64,000 bases of DNA from Rebecca billardiae RCC1528 (Eukaryota; Protista; Haptophyta). The notes under the pieces are model-generated. The model was not told the DNA's origin and made no database searches. It was given only the letters and a program-made list of their open reading frames with translations. Positions 1 to 13,751 of the stretch are shown piece by piece. Numbering within the stretch: position 1 is the first letter of the stretch; each line of letters starts with the position of its first letter. The position numbers were made by a program, and so were the translations under genes. The stretch covers positions 496,001-560,000 of the forward strand of contig OZ251242.1 of the NCBI GenBank assembly GCA_965240325.2, given 5' to 3'.

Positions 1-109
1 GCGCCCTCCCCGCGCGGCGGCGGCGGCGGCGGCGGCGCGGCGGGCGGCGCGGCGGGCGGCGCGGCGGGGGGCGGCGTCGACGAGCGAGCGTGCAGCGGCG
101 CGGCGGCGT

Positions 110-161
<52 letters not shown>

Positions 162-1209
162 GACGCCGATGGCGGGCGCGTCCACGTCCGCGTCCGCGCG
201 TGACGACGAGCCGCAGCTGTGCGTGTGCACCGTCGCGTTCGTCCTCGAGACGCGCGCGGGAGCGGACGAGCCGCTCCGTCGCGCGTGCGCGCGCGCGGCC
301 GAGCAGCTGTCACGAGCGGTCGCCTATGAGCAGAGGACGGCGGTGGCGGCGGACGGGGAGGTCGGGCCCGGGTGCTTCGCGTCGGTGCTGACGGCGCCGC
401 CGGGCGCGCACGCCGCGCTCGCCAGCGCCGCCGCGAGCGCGGGCTCCTTCGGCGCGGCGCCACCGCTGGACGGCTGGCTGCCGCTGTCGCGCCGCGTACT
501 TGTGCCGAGCGCGGACCTAGGCGGCGCGCCGGGCGGCGGCGGCGGCGGCGTGCTCGACGGCGGCGGCATGCCGCCGCTCACGCCGCTTGCGAGCATGGGC
601 AGCGGGCTCGGCGCGGCGCGCGACCCGCAGCGCAGTGGCGCGCTGGCCGCCGCGGCGGCAGCCTATGCGCACGGCGGGCTTGGCGGCGCGCTGCCTGCGC
701 GCGGCGGCGCGCACGGTGGTTGCGGCGGCGGCGGCGGCGCGAGCGGCGGCGGCGGCGGCGGCGGGCGCTACCTCGAGCTCGAGCTGAGGCGGCTGCGCGC
801 GGCGCGCGCGCGGCACGCCGCGGGCATGTCCGCGCTCGCGCACGCCGCCGGCGCCGACGGCGCGGCGGGCGGCGGTGTGGGCGGCGCGGGGAGCAGCCCG
901 GTGGGGGCGGCGGGCGCGGCGGCGGCGTTGGGCGCGGCGGCGGGCGCGGCGGCGGCGGCGGGCGCGGCGTTGGGCGCGGCGGCGGCGTTGGGCGCGGCGG
1001 CGGGCGCGGCGGCGGGCGCGGCGGCGGGCGCGGATGCGCGGCAGACGCCGCACGCGCCGCACGCCGTGGCGCGCGCCGAGGCGGCGCGCCCCGACGCCGC
1101 GCTCAGCCTGGGCGCGGAGCGCGGCGGCGCGCTCGACGGGGCGAGCGGCGGCGGCGGCGGCGCGTGCGGCGCGGCCGAGGGCGGCGGTGGTGGCGCGCGC
1201 GCCGCTCAG

Positions 1210-1241
<32 letters not shown>

Positions 1242-2599
1242 GGCGGCGGGCTCGGCCGGCGCGGGGTGCCACGCCGCGCCGAGCGCGCGCGCGGCTCTCC
1301 GGCAGCTGGCGCTCGCGGAAGCGCTCTCGCCGCCGCCGCCGCCGCCGCCGGCCGCCGCGGCGGCGGCGGCGGCGGCGCACGCGAACGGCGCCGCAGGCGG
1401 CGCGGCCGCGGGCGGCGGCGGCGGCGGCGCGCCGAGCGCGCTGCCGCCGCCCGCCACGCCGGGCGGCGGCGCGGCGGGCGCGTGCGCGGCGTGCTGCGCG
1501 TGCGCGCAGCACGCGCACGCGGCGGGCGCGCCGGACGCGCTCGCCTCCGCGCTTGCGCCGTGGGCGGGCGGCATCGACCACTGTCTTCTCGTCGCGCTGG
1601 CGGTGTTGCGCGGCGCGCCCGCAACGAGAGTCTGGCTGAACGAGCGCGTGTCGATCTGGCTGCTTCCGCCGCACGCGGGGGCGTTCCGCGCGCCGCCCAC
1701 GGACCCGCGGCTGGCGGTGCCGCAGCAGCAGCCGCGAGGGCAGCCGCCGCAGCCGTCGACGCCGGGGATGGCGCCGCGCGGGGCCGCGGGCGCGGGCGCG
1801 CGCTCGCGCGCCGGCTCCGACGCCGCCACGCCGCCGCCGCCCGCGCGCCGCGCGCCCGCCGCCGCCGCCGCCGCGCGCTGGAGTGCCGAGGCGGAGGCGG
1901 CGGCGGCGGCGGCCGAAGCGCTCGGCATGCTCGAGCGCGCGCCGCCGCGCGCCGAGGGCGGCGCCGCCGCCGCCGGCGCGCCGCCCGGCGGCGCGCGCGC
2001 GGCGGCGGCGGCGGCCGGCGCGCCGCCCGGCGGCGCGCCGCCCTCGCGCGCCGCCGCGCACGCGGCCGCCGCGCGCGCCGCGGATCTGAGCTCGCTGCCG
2101 CCGCCGCTGCGCCAGCTCGCGCGGCTGCCGCTGCGCCCGCCGCCAGTCGACGCCGTGACGGGCCAGGCCCTCCTCCTCCGCCCGTACCACGCGCTCCTCC
2201 TCCTCTCCGACACCGCTCGTGTTCTGCGCGAGCTGCCGGCTGATTCCAGCCCGGCGCTTGTGCGCGTCGTGCGCGCGTGCTCGCCGCTCAAGTCTCTGGC
2301 GGAGCTGGCGCGCGAGACGGGCGTGTCGCTCCCCGAGATCGCGCTGGTGTGTGGGCACCTCGGTGCGCGGCGCGCCGTGCTGCGCCGTGCTGCGCGCCGT
2401 GGCTCGGCTGCGCCGCGCGCCGCGCGCCGAGCGCGCGTCCGCGCACTCGCGCACGCGCCGTGACATGCGCCCGCGCCGCGCCGCCCCCATGCCGCGGCCG
2501 CAGAGCGATGGGGTCGCGCGCGCATCATCCCCGCGCTCACGCGCCACGCCATCTACGTGCCGGTGGCGGCTGTGCCATCGCGGGCCGAGCAGCAGAACC

Positions 2600-2633
<34 letters not shown>

Positions 2634-3522
2634 GCTCGACGGGGCGAGCGGCGGCGGCGGCGGCGCGTGCGGCGCGGCCGAGGGCGGCGGTGGTGGCGGC
2701 GGCGGCGGGAGCGGCGGGCCCGAGGTGCTGGCGGGCCGTGCGTGCGCCGGCGGCGCGTCCGCCGGCGCGCGCGACGCCGCCGCCTCCCTCGCCCAGGCCG
2801 ACGAGGCCCAAACCGCCGCGCCCAGCCTCTTTCAGACTGACGAAATCCTCGGTGTCGCGGTGGGCGTATTGCTGGGCTCGGCGCCGCGGCCGCTTGGGTG
2901 GCACCTGCAGCTGCTGCCACCGGGGGCGGACCGGCAGGCGCGCTTCGTCAGCCTGGTGGTGGACCTGCTGCGCGCGGGGCTGATCGTCGAGCTCGCGGCG
3001 TACCCGCAGCTGCTCGCGCTCCCGCCGCCGCCGCCGCCGGAGCCGGCCGCAGCGGCCGCCGCGGCGGCCGCCGCCGCCGCGCCGGGCGCGCCGCCGCGCG
3101 CTGCGGCGTGCGCGCTGCCCGCGCCGCAGCCCGCGCCGACGGCGGCGGCGGCGGCGTCGCCCGCCAAGCGGCCGGCGGCGGGCTCGGCGCCGCCCGGCGC
3201 GGAGGGCGGCCTCGGCGGCGGCGGCGCCGGCGGCGCGCCCGCTCCCGCCGGCTCGGGCTGGCCCGGCCTCTCCCCCGCCGACGCGCTCTGCGCCGCACAG
3301 CGCAGGTACGCGCAGCTGTGCCGGCTGGCGCCTCTCCTCGACGGCCGCCACCGGCTGGAGGAATTGCTGTGGCGCGCGCGCGGGCTGTCGCGCGCCGAGC
3401 TGGAGGCGGTGCTCACGGTGGGGCCGGCGGGGTCGGAGGCGTGCGTGTGCACGTGCGTGCGCCCGGTGCGCGCGGGGGACGTCGCGGTGGGCGACGGCGG
3501 GGCGGTCGGGCTGGAGGAGTAG
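1..3522 (+). CDS. NPRL3: Nitrogen permease regulator 3-like (GATOR1 subunit); 5' end outside window; intron 2363-2503
   Basis: LRPYHALLLL..ELPADSSPALVRVVRACSPLKSLAELARETGVSL..CGHL, spliced (GT 2363, CAG 2503) to ERWGRARIIP..IYV, plus C-terminal RLAPLLDGRHRLEELLW. These match the NPRL3/Npr3 motifs as I recall them (PYHALLLL, AHLVYWGKA, GRHHLEEI). Confidence 0.85.
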
Positions 3523-3787
3523 CGGCCGCGCGGCGCGCACTGAGCGACGGTTCGTCCGCGCGCATTTTTCAATCGTCAATCAAAGTCGCCGAGTCGTCGC
3601 GCGCGAGAAATGAATCCGGGCGACCGACGCTGATTTCTACTCGAATAAAGAAAATTCAAAAAAAAGCGCGGGCGGCCGCCGCCATCTTGCCAGCCTCCCC
3701 CGCAAGCGGAGGCCCCGCGGCCGCGAGCACAGCGCCAGCGCATCACCGCGCCCCGCCGATCGAGCGCCCACGCGCAGCGAGGCAGCG

Positions 3788-6700
3788 ATGAGCAGCGCGC
3801 TGGAGCAGGCGCTCGCGGCGCTGGAGCAGCAGGCGCAGGCGGCGGCGAGCAAGCCGCCGGGCAAGGCCGACGCGGCGGGCCCGCCCAAGGGCTCGGCGCG
3901 CCGGCTGCAGCTGCTGTCCGAGGTCGAGCGCCGGCTGCGCGTCGAGGAGCGGCCGACGGTGGAGGCGGCGCAGCCGGAGGTGGAGCGCGTGCTCGCGCTG
4001 ACGCTGCCCGTCGCGAACGGCCCCGTCCTCCGCCGCCAGCTCGCGCGCTGCTACGCCGTGCTGTACGAGCGCGGCGCGCGCACGACCATGTACGCCGTGA
4101 CGGGGAACCTTCTCAACAGCCTCGGCGCCAAGGCGGCGGGCGGCGGCGCGGGCGGGCTGGGCGCGGCGGCGGGGAGCGCGACGGGGCGCGCGGCGATGGC
4201 GCAGGTCCTCGGCGGGCTGTGCGAGGCGCACGGCGACGCCATGTCCTCCATCGTGCGCGAGGCGACGCTCGTCCTCATCCGGTTTGCCAAGACGACAAAT
4301 GGTCCGGCCGATCTGCCGGTCCGGCTGGCGGCGCTGGAGGGGCTGCGCGGCGGGCTGGCGGGGGCGGGGCGGCGCGCGCTGCCCGTGCAGGCGCAGCTCG
4401 AGGCGATCAAGCTGCTCCGCTCCATCGCCTCCGCCGCGCCGAGCGCTGCCGGCGCCGCCGGCGGCGCCGCGGCCGGCGGCAAGGGCGCCGCGGCCGTCGC
4501 GCCCTCGTCACAGGCGCAGGACGAGAGCCTCAAGTGCGCGGCGCTGCAGTGCTGCCCGCCGCTGGTGAGCTGCTCGGAGGACGTGTGGGAGGGCGCGGCC
4601 GAGCCGCTCGAGTCGACCGTCACCCTCTGCGTCAAGGTGCCGCGCCGCGCCCTAACCCTAACTCTAAACGCCCTAACCCTAACCCTCAGCCTAACTCTAA
4701 ACACCCTCACCCTAACCCTCAGCCGCCCGCTCTGCGCTGCGCCGCGCGCGCCGCCGCCGCGCCGCCGCCGCGCCGCCGCCGCGCCGCGCGCCGCCGCCCG
4801 CGCCGCTCACGCGCCGCGCTCGCGCCGCCGCGCTGCTCGCCGCCGCGCGCGCAGTGCCTCGACGACCCGCTCCCCGCAGTGCGCTCCACCGCGTCACGCT
4901 GCCTCGCCGAGCTCCTGGCGCACGCCGCCGCCGAGGGGTCCTTCCCCGCGTCGCGCGTGCCGACGCTGCCGTCGTCGCGATCGCAGTCGTTCTCCGCGGG
5001 CGGCGGCGGCGGCGGCGGCCCGGCCGGGCTGGTGCGGCAGCGCTCGGACTCGGGCGCGGTGGGCGGCGGCGGCGGCGGCGCGGGCGGCGGCGGCGGGCTC
5101 AAGCTCGGCGGCTTCCGCCTGTCGGACGCGCTCTCGATCCGCGGCGCCGCCGGCGGCGCGGCGGGCGGCTCGGGCGGCGGCGCGGCCGGCGCGCTCGGCG
5201 TCGCCGGCGACGTCGCGACCGTGCCGTTCCAGGCGTGCCTGAACCTTCTCGGAAACTTCTTCGGCGCAAAGGCGACCAGCCTGGAGGCGCGGCTCGGGCT
5301 GAGTTCCGCGTATGTGCAGTTACTCACGTCAGTAAGCCGCGCGACGCGCGAGCAGCACTGCGAGTGGGCGCTCGGGCACGTGCTCGCGCTCGCCGAGCGC
5401 GCGGCGGCGCACGCGGCCGCGCTGCCGTGCGCGGCGACCGTGCTGCGCCGCGGGCTGTGCGAGGTCCTCTCGGAGCGCGGCCAGCTCGTGCTGTGTCGCG
5501 CGCTTGCGACCGTGGTCGCGCGCGCGCCCGACGCGGACGTCTCGCCCGCCGTGCTCGTGCTCGCGCTGCGCGAGCTGTCGCACCAGCTGCTGTCGTTGCG
5601 CGACGCGGCGGCGGACGTGCGGCCGCTGCTGCTGGGCGGCGGTGCTGGTGGCGGCGGCGGCGGCGCGAAGCCGCCCGGCGGCGGCAGGCGCTCTGCGGAC
5701 GCACCGCCCAAGGCGCTGCTCGCGCTTACCGCGCACGGCAGCGCCGCCGTGCGCCTCGCCGCCGCCGGCTGCCTGCGCGCGCTCGCGATCGCGCAGCCCG
5801 CCGCGCTGGCGTCGCTGCTCGAGGCCACGCTGAACGCGCTGATGATTGCGCACGCGGACCTGGCGACCGCGGCGGCGGCGGTGGGCGGCGGCGACCGCGG
5901 CGCGGACGGCGGCGCGGACCGCGGCGGCGCGCGCCACGCCGCGCTCGACGCGCTCTGCGCGCACGCGCACGCCGTCGCCGCCCTCACCTCCGCCGTCGCC
6001 GACACGCCGCTTGGCTGCCCGCCCGAGCTGCCGACCGCCGTGCTCTCGTCCGCGGAGGCGCTGCTCAGCGCGGGAGGCGAGCGGCGCGGCGCGTCGTGCT
6101 GGCTGCTGCTGGGCGCGCTGCTCACGTTGGGCGTCGACTGGGTCGGGCACCGCGCGCGGCTCGCCACGCTGTATGGCCTCTGGAAGTCGGCGCTCGCGCA
6201 CAAAGTGTCCAAGGCCGCGCCGCGCACCGAGCTCGAGTCGCAGCTGCGCACGCGCGCGGACGCGCTGCGCGCGGTGGTGACGTTCGTCGAGCGGCTGCCC
6301 GAGCTGGTCACCGCTGGCTTTGTCAAGCCGCTGCTGGTGCAGTTGCTCCCGCCTAACCTCTCGCTGTTGTCGCTCGTGCGCGCGCACGAGGCCGCGGCCG
6401 CGCCGTCGCTGCAGGCGACGGCGCGCGCGTTCCGCGCGCAGCTCTTCGCGCTCGTGTGCCTGCTGCCGCGCCAGGCGCTGTCCGCCAAGCTGCTCAACGC
6501 GGTGCGGCGCGGCGCCGCGCCGCGCGGCGCGCCGCCGACGACCACCCACCGCGCGCGCGCGGCGCGCGCGCGCACGCCGTGGCGCGTGCGGCGCGCGAGA
6601 GCGCGTGCTGAGCGCGCGCGCTGCCCCGCGCCCGCGCCACGCGCCCGCGCCGACACCGCGCAGGTGGTGCCGCACGCGCTCGCCGACGTGATCCTAGACT

Positions 6701-9175
6701 CTGTGGGACACGCGGGCCAGTGGCTGCGCGCCCTCCTTTCGCAGGAGTGGGCGACGAGCGCGCACGAGGCCGGTGCGGCCGGCGGAGGCGTCGGCTATGC
6801 CGCCGCCACGTCCGCGCGCCGGCGGATCAGCGTGACGCTCGGCGGCGGCGGCGGCGGCGGCGGCGCGCGGCGCGGCGGGCTCGTCTGCTACGCCGCGGCG
6901 GAGAGCGAAGTGGAGGCGAGGTGCGCGCGCGCGCGATCCCTCGCGCGCGCGACGCCCCCGACCAGAGCGCGCGCGCGCTCACGCCACAGGCTCTCACGCG
7001 CGCACTCGCCCGCGGCGCGCTCGGCGCGGCGCGCGCCCGCGACGCTCGCTCGGCGGTTGGCGCTCGGCGCTCGGCGGCTGGCGCGCGCAGTCTGAACCTC
7101 GAGGAGACGGTGAGCGGCGCGGTGGACGCGCTCTCGGCCGACCGCTGCCCGTGGCTCGCGCCGCTGGGGGCGGAGCGGCCGCTTGGCGCGGCGTGCGTGA
7201 CAGACGCGCGGCCGGGCGGCGGCGGCAAGGGCGGCGGCGGCGGCGGCAAGGGCGGCGGCGGCGGGCGCGCGGCGGCGGACGGCGCGGACGACGGCGGCGC
7301 CGCGCCCGCGCCGCCGCTGATCGGCGGCGTCACCGCGCTGAGCGAGGGCTCCCCCACGGTCGAATCTGCCTGCCAGCTCCTGGCGCGCATGTTTGCCCTC
7401 CAGGGCGTGGACACGCGCCGGCAGCTGCTCGAGCACCTCGCCTCCGCCGTACGCGCCGCGCCACGACGCGACGCGCGGCCGCGACGCGACGCGACGCGAC
7501 GCGACGCGACGCGACGCGACGTGACGCGACGCGACGAGACGCGCGGCCGCGCCGCTCCGCGCCGTGGGAGCGCGCGTGTGCGCGTGCGCGCGCCCGCCGC
7601 CGAGCCGCCTTGCGCCCGCCCCCCCTCCTCGCCGCGCGCGCGCGCGCGCGCGCGCGCACGCGACGCAACGCGCCCGCGCTGCGCAGGCGCAGCCGTCGCG
7701 CATCGTCACCGTCGCCTCGCGCGCCGCGCCGTCGTCCTTCTTCGGCGCGGTGGGCGGCGGCGGCGAGTCCGGCCGCGTCGAGCGCGTGGAGACGTCGGCG
7801 GTCGCGCTCAACACGGCGGCGGTGCTGCTCGGCGCGCTGCTCGAGATCGCGTCCGCAGGCGGCGGCGCCGACGGGCTGCTGGCCGGCATCGCGCCGCCGG
7901 CGACCGAGGAGGCGGAGGCGGGCGGCGGCGGCGGCGGCGGCGCGTCGGGCGGCGCCGACGCCGTGTTTGCGCCGCTGTGGGCGCGGCTGCTCGAACTGCT
8001 CGCCGACCCGTGCCCGGTTGTGCGCGTGTCTGCCGCCGAGGCCGTCGCACTGTGGGCGCGCGCGCTCGGCGCGCACAGCGGCGGGCTCGGGCTGCTGCTG
8101 CGGCTCGGCCGCGCGGCGGAGGGCGCGCTGCAGGCCAAGTCGACGCACGCGCGCGCCGGGCTCGCGCTCGCGCTCGGCTGCACGCACGCGCAGCTCGGCG
8201 CGGTGCTGTGCACCACGCAGCTGCCAGCCTCCGTCTCGCTCCTGCACGCGCTCGCGCGCGACCCTTCCGACGCGGTGCGCGAGGCCGCGCTCCACGCGCT
8301 CTTCTTGCTCGCTGACTCGGCGGGCGGCGGCTTTGACCAGCACGTGCGCGCGACGATGACGATGATGACCTCGCTGCTGCTCGCCGAGCCCACGGACCAG
8401 GCGGAGGGCGTGCGCCGCGCGACGCTGCGGCTCGTGCGCGCGACGCTCGGCGCGCTCTCTGCCGACACGGCGCGCGCCTCCTCCGAGCGCCTCGTCTGCC
8501 TGGTACTGTGCGAGGCCGCGCGCGGCGCGGCCGCGTCGGCGCGCGGCGGCTCCGAGCGCGCGGCCGCGTCCGCCGCGCTCGCGATCGAGCACACGCGCGT
8601 GCTCGGCCAGATCGCGGTGCTCGCGCCGCACGCGCTGCCGCCCGCCATCGACTCGCTGCCGCCCCTCGAGCTGCTGCTGCGCCGCGCGTGCCACCCGCAC
8701 CCGCACCTGCGCCGCGCGGCGAGCTGCGCCATCGTGCAGCTCTCGGAGTGCGGCGCGTTGCAGCTGGGCAGCGGCGGCGGCGGCGGCGGCGGCGGCGATG
8801 CCGAGCGGCAGCTGTCGGCGGGCGCCGCCGCGTCCGCCGAGCCCGGGCTGAGTGCGCTCATCGTCGGCGCGCGGCTGCTGCAGCGCATCGACTCGGAGGA
8901 GGACGTGGCCTCGCTGCACGACGCGAAGCTCACGCTCATCCGGCTGCTGGACGCGGCGCTCGGCGAGGCGGGCGCGGCGGCGGACGGCGCGGACGCGGCG
9001 GTGGAGGGCGAGGCCGCGCAGGCGCGCGCACAGGCGCACGCGGGCGCGGCGGGCGGCGCTGCGCTCGTTGCGCTCGAGGCGCGACGCGCCGACGCGCACG
9101 CCGACGCGCACGCCGCGGTCGGCGCGTGGCTCGACCTGCTGCGCGAGGCCGTGAACGGCAAGCTCCGCGCCAACG

Positions 9176-9209
<34 letters not shown>

Positions 9210-12200
9210 GCAGGACGATCCTACCGACTTGGACGAGGACGACGAGGACGCGCGCCGCCGCGCCAAGGCGGCGCAGATTGCGCGCGACGAGGCCGCGCAG
9301 CTCGCGGACGCGGGCGCGCGCTGGCAGACGCGGCTGTTCGCGCTCGAGTGCTTCTCGCGCGCGCTCGGCGCGCTCGGCTGCGCGGCCGCGGCGCGCGCGG
9401 CGCGCCGCGCCGCAAGCGCGGCCGGGTGCGCGCTGCTTGCGCCGATGTCGCGCGCGGCGCGCACCAACCTCGATTCCGGCGTGCCGCCGCCGCCGCTGTG
9501 CGCCCTCGCGATGGCGGCCGAGTGGGTGGTCGCCGCGCGCGCCGCGGAGGCGATCGCTGTCGCCTTCACCGCCGCCACGTCGCACCTGGAGCCCATCCAG
9601 CCCGAGGGCCTGCTGCTGCTCGAGATGCTCACCAGATTGCTGCGCGGTGTGTGCGCGCGTGCGTGCGCGCGCGTGCGTGCGCGTGCGTGCGTGTGCGCGC
9701 GCGCGCGCGTGCGCGCGCGTGCGTGCGCGTGTGTGCGTGTGCGTGCGCGTGCGCGTGTGCGCGCGCGTGCGCGTGTGTGCGCGTGCGTGCGTGCGCGCGT
9801 GCGTGCGCGCGTGCGTGCGTGTGTGCGCGCGTGCGTGCGTGTGTGCGCGCGTGTGTGCGCGCGTGTGTGCGCGCGTGCGTGCGTGTGTGCGCGCGTGTGT
9901 GCGCGCGTGTGTGCGCGCGTGCGTGCGTGTGTGCGCGCGCGTGTGCGCGCGTGCATCCCCCGCCCGGCCGCCGCCGCCGCTCACTGCTGCCGCCGCCCCG
10001 CGCCGCGCGTCGCCCTCCGCGCCGCGCCGCGCGCGCGGCCCGCAGGCGTGCCCGACCCGCACGCGCCCACGCAGCCGCTGCTCGCGCTGTATGCCGCGCA
10101 GCTCGGCGCGGCGCTCCGCCCCGCCACCGCCGCGGGCGCGCCGCCCGCCACCGCCGCGGCTGGGTACTCGCTTGTGGCCACCTACCTCTGCTGCGTGCTC
10201 GACCCGTTCTGCGCGGGCGCGGCGGCGGGCGCGCCGGCCGGCGGGAGCGGCGGCGGCGGCGGCGGCGGCGGTGAGAGCGTGGAGGCGGTGTCGGTGGGCG
10301 TGGCGGCGCGCGCGGTGCCCGGCGCGTCCGACGAGCCCACGCCGATGCCGTCCAAGGGCGGCGTCGACGCCGTGCTGCTGCGCAAGCTCGTGACTCACCT
10401 CACCGCCCCTCTGAGTGCGGTCGCGGCCGGCGGCGGCGGCGGCGGCTCGGCCGGCAGCGCCAGCGGCGGCGGCGGCGCGCGCTCCGGTCTCGCCGCGCTG
10501 CGCTCGCTGCGCTTCCCCGCCTTCTCCGACGCGGCCGGCTTCCTCGTGCAGCTCGCCATCGTCGACGCGAACGCGGCGCTCTGGCGCGCGGCGCACGCCA
10601 TGTCGCGCGCGCTCGAGCTCGGCGCGGCGAGCGGCGACGGCGCGCCGCTCGAGGCGGCGCTCGCGCTGCTGCGGCCGCACGCGGCTGAGCTGCGCGCGGC
10701 GTGGCGCGGCGTCGTGGCTGACTACGCGCGGCTCTCCGCGCTCACGCCCTCCGCGCGCCGCGCGTCCGCCGGCACCTTCTTCGACGCGCTCACCGCCTCG
10801 GCGATGCGCGAGCCACTCGGCCGCGCGCACGGCGCCGCGCTCGCGGCGCTGGTCGAGGTGGGCGCGATCTCGGGGCAGATCTCGGCCGAATCTGCATGGG
10901 GCGACGCGCGCGGCGGCGGCAGCCCGCGCGGCGCGGCGGCTGACTCGCCGCGCGCGGGCGACCGCGCGGACGCCGCGCCGCTCGGCGCGGGCGCGGCGGG
11001 CGAGCTCACTCTCATCGTCGGGCTGTGTGCGCGCGCGCTCATCGCCGCGGCGGGCGGCGGGAGCGGCGGCGGGGCCGCGGCCGCCGCCGGCGGCGGCGGC
11101 GGCGGCGGCGGCGGTTCGGTGCTGCTGGCGCCGCCGCAGCTGTACGCGGCCGTGCTCGAGGCCGCGCTCAAGGGCGGCTTCCTGCGCCGCGCGGCGGAGG
11201 CGGGGGCGCTCCCGCCCACCCACGTTCTCGAGTTGGCGCAGCTGGTCGCGCAGCTGCCGGCCGCTCTGCTCTCGGCGTCGGGGCCGCCGGCGGGCGCGCA
11301 CGGCCGCGGCGCGCTGTCGGTGGACACGGTGGCGGCGCTGGCGGCGGCGCTCGTCGGCGCCGCGTGCGAGTGCGCGCCGCTCGCGCGCGCGCTGCGCTGC
11401 ACGCCCGCGCCCGCGCCCGTGCTCGCCACGCCCGCCGCGCCGCACGCCGCCGCCGCGCCGCTCGTCCCTCCCAGTCCCGCCGAGCCCGCCGCCGCCGCCA
11501 GCTGCGGCGAGGCGGTGGCCAGTGCGGTGCTGTCGTGCCTCGCCGGGCCCATGCGCGCGCACATGCGCGCACCCGCGCCGCTCGGCGGCGGCGGCGAGCT
11601 GTGCGTGTGGGCGGCGGGCAAGCCGGTGCGTGCCGGCGCGGTGGCGCGCGCCGAGCCGCGCCGCGCGCGCCACCGCCCGCGCCACCGCCCGCGCCGCGCC
11701 TCACGCGCGCCACCGCGCCGCCGCGCGCGCGCGCACGCGCACAGGCTGGCGAGGCGGCGCGCCCGCTGCGCGCGCTCGACTCGCGCGCCGCCGCCGCGGA
11801 CGACGGCGCGCCCGTCGACTCGGGCCGCGCGCACGTGCGCGTGCTGTGCGAGTGCGCGGCCGCGCTCACGCGCCTGCCCGCGCTGCTGCCGCGCGCGCGC
11901 CGCGGGGGCCACCTGGCGCTGCTGCTCGCCGCACCGCTGGAGCTCGCGGCGGGCGGCGCGGTGGCGGAGCCGGCGGAGCTGGCCACGCTCGTGATCGCGC
12001 CGCTGCGCCAGCTGCTCGCCAGCGCCGCCGCCGGCGCGGACGGCGCCGACGCCGACGCAGACGCCGACGCCGACGCCGACGCCGACGGCGGCGGCGGCGG
12101 CGGCGGCGGCGGTTTGGATTTTGGCGGCGACGGCGCGCGCGCGCGCTCGACGCTGCTCGCCGCCTTTGGCACGGCCGTGGCTCTGTGCGAGGCCGCGGCG

Positions 12201-12326
12201 GAGGAGGCGGCGCGCTCGCCCCCGCCGCCGGGCGCGCCCGAGCCGCCCGACGCCGCGCCGAGCCCCGCCGCCGCCGCGTGCGCGCTCGCGCTCGCGCTCG
12301 CGGCCGCTGCGCCCTTCGTTCCGCTG

Positions 12327-12358
<32 letters not shown>

Positions 12359-13375
12359 CGGGGACGCGCGGTCGGAGGAGGCGGCGCTGCACGGCCGCAG
12401 CGTGCGCGTGCTGCGCACGCTGCTCGCGGGCGGCGGCGGCGCGGCACCCGTCCCCGCGCTGCGCGTCGCCGGCCTCAAAGCCGTCGCGGCCGCCGTGCAG
12501 GAGGCGACGACCGCGGCCGCGGCGCCGGGCGGCGGCGGCGGCGGCGCGCCGGCCGCGGCGGCGGAGGTGGGCGCTGCGTACGCGCACGCGCTGAGCGCGG
12601 ACGTGCTGCTCGCGCTCGTGCCCGCGGCGGACGGCGAGGACGGCGCGGGCGCCGCCGCCGTGCTGCGCCAGGCCGTCGCCACCGTGCTGCAGTTCGTGGC
12701 CGCGTGGCCCGCGCTGTGCGCGCGCACCGCGGCCGGCGCGCGCGCAGAGGGCGAGGGCGGCGTGAGCTTTCTGCCGCTGTTCAGCCTGCTGCTGCCGCCG
12801 CTGATCGAGGCGCACAGCGCCGCGCTCGCCGCGGGCGGGCTGGGCGAGAGCGGCGCGCTCATTCTGCCGGTGCGCGCGCCGCCGGCCGCACGCCCACCGC
12901 GCGCCAGCCCCCGCCGCGCGGCCGCCCGAGCGCGCGCGTGCGCGCGCGCGCGCGCTGAGCGCGGACAGTGCGTGCGCGCGCGCGCCTGGCCCGCCGCCCG
13001 CCGCCGCCGCCCCCGTCTCCCGCTCTCCCGCGTGCGCAGGTGCTGCTCCACCTGGGCAAGAAGGCGCCCGCGGACTTCCGCGCGGCGGTGGGCGCGCTCG
13101 ACGCCGACACGCGGCAGAAGCTCACCGCCGCCCTCGCCTCGGGCCAGGGCGCGCGCGGCGGCGCGCCGCCGGCCGCGCCGGGCGGCGGCGGCGGCGGCGC
13201 GGGCGCAGAGGCCACGCCGGCAAAGCCGAGCATCGCGCTCAAGATGGACTTCTCGGCGTTCGGCGGGGGCGGCGGCGCGCAGGCGGCACCGAGCGCGCCG
13301 CCGCCGCCGCCGCCGCCCGCCGCCACCGCCGGCGGGGCGGGCGACGACGACTTCGACGCCGACTGGCAGTCGTAG
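3788..13375 (+). CDS. HEATR5: HEAT-repeat protein, HEATR5/Laa1/SWEETIE-like; introns approx. 4637-4854, 6502-6663, 6921-7090, 7449-7686, 9647-10045, 11626-11744, 12870-13039
   Basis: Seven GT..AG introns join the ORF-track fragments into one helical-repeat protein. N-terminal RRQLARCYAVLYERG, internal RWQTRLFALECF and C-terminal KPSIALKMDFSAF resemble the HEATR5/SWEETIE family. Confidence 0.75.
4650..4722 (+). repeat. Degenerate telomere-like (CCCTAA)n tract inside intron 1 of the HEATR5-like gene
   Basis: ccctaaccctaactctaaacgccctaaccctaaccctcagcctaactctaaacaccctcaccctaaccctc. Confidence 0.85.
7463..7542 (+). repeat. (CGACG)n microsatellite in intron
   Basis: Tandem gcgac pentamers within intron 7449-7686. 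Confidence 0.85.
9647..9954 (+). repeat. (GCGT/GT/GC)n alternating purine-pyrimidine microsatellite in intron
   Basis: About 300 bp of gtgcgcgcgtgcgt repeats starting at the GT donor. Confidence 0.9.
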
Positions 13376-13668
13376 CTAATGCCCAGTGACAGCTTGGTAA
13401 CACGTAACTACGTGTCAGTGTGCGCCTCACACGACACGCGCGCGCACGCGCCTCAGATTCGTCGTGAGCAGAGTACGTATCTGATGATGATGCTGATATG
13501 ATGATGAGTAGCTAGTACGTGACACGTTAGTGTGCGCGGGCGTCCGTCCGACGCGGCGGCGCGCGCGGAAACTACTTATATTAAATAATTAATAAAATAA
13601 TTTCGTCTCGCCAGGCACTAGGCAGGAGCCGATGATACGTATATTGACATCGGCGGTCATCGCCGTAG

Positions 13669-13689
13669 TATATATATATAATATCGATC

Positions 13690-13751
<62 letters not shown>
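13669..13751. repeat. (TA)n plus (TG)n microsatellite
   Basis: Seen directly. Confidence 0.95.

Noticed and set aside
4650-4722. True telomere or chromosome end
   Set aside because: The tract is short, degenerate and inside an intron of an intact gene.
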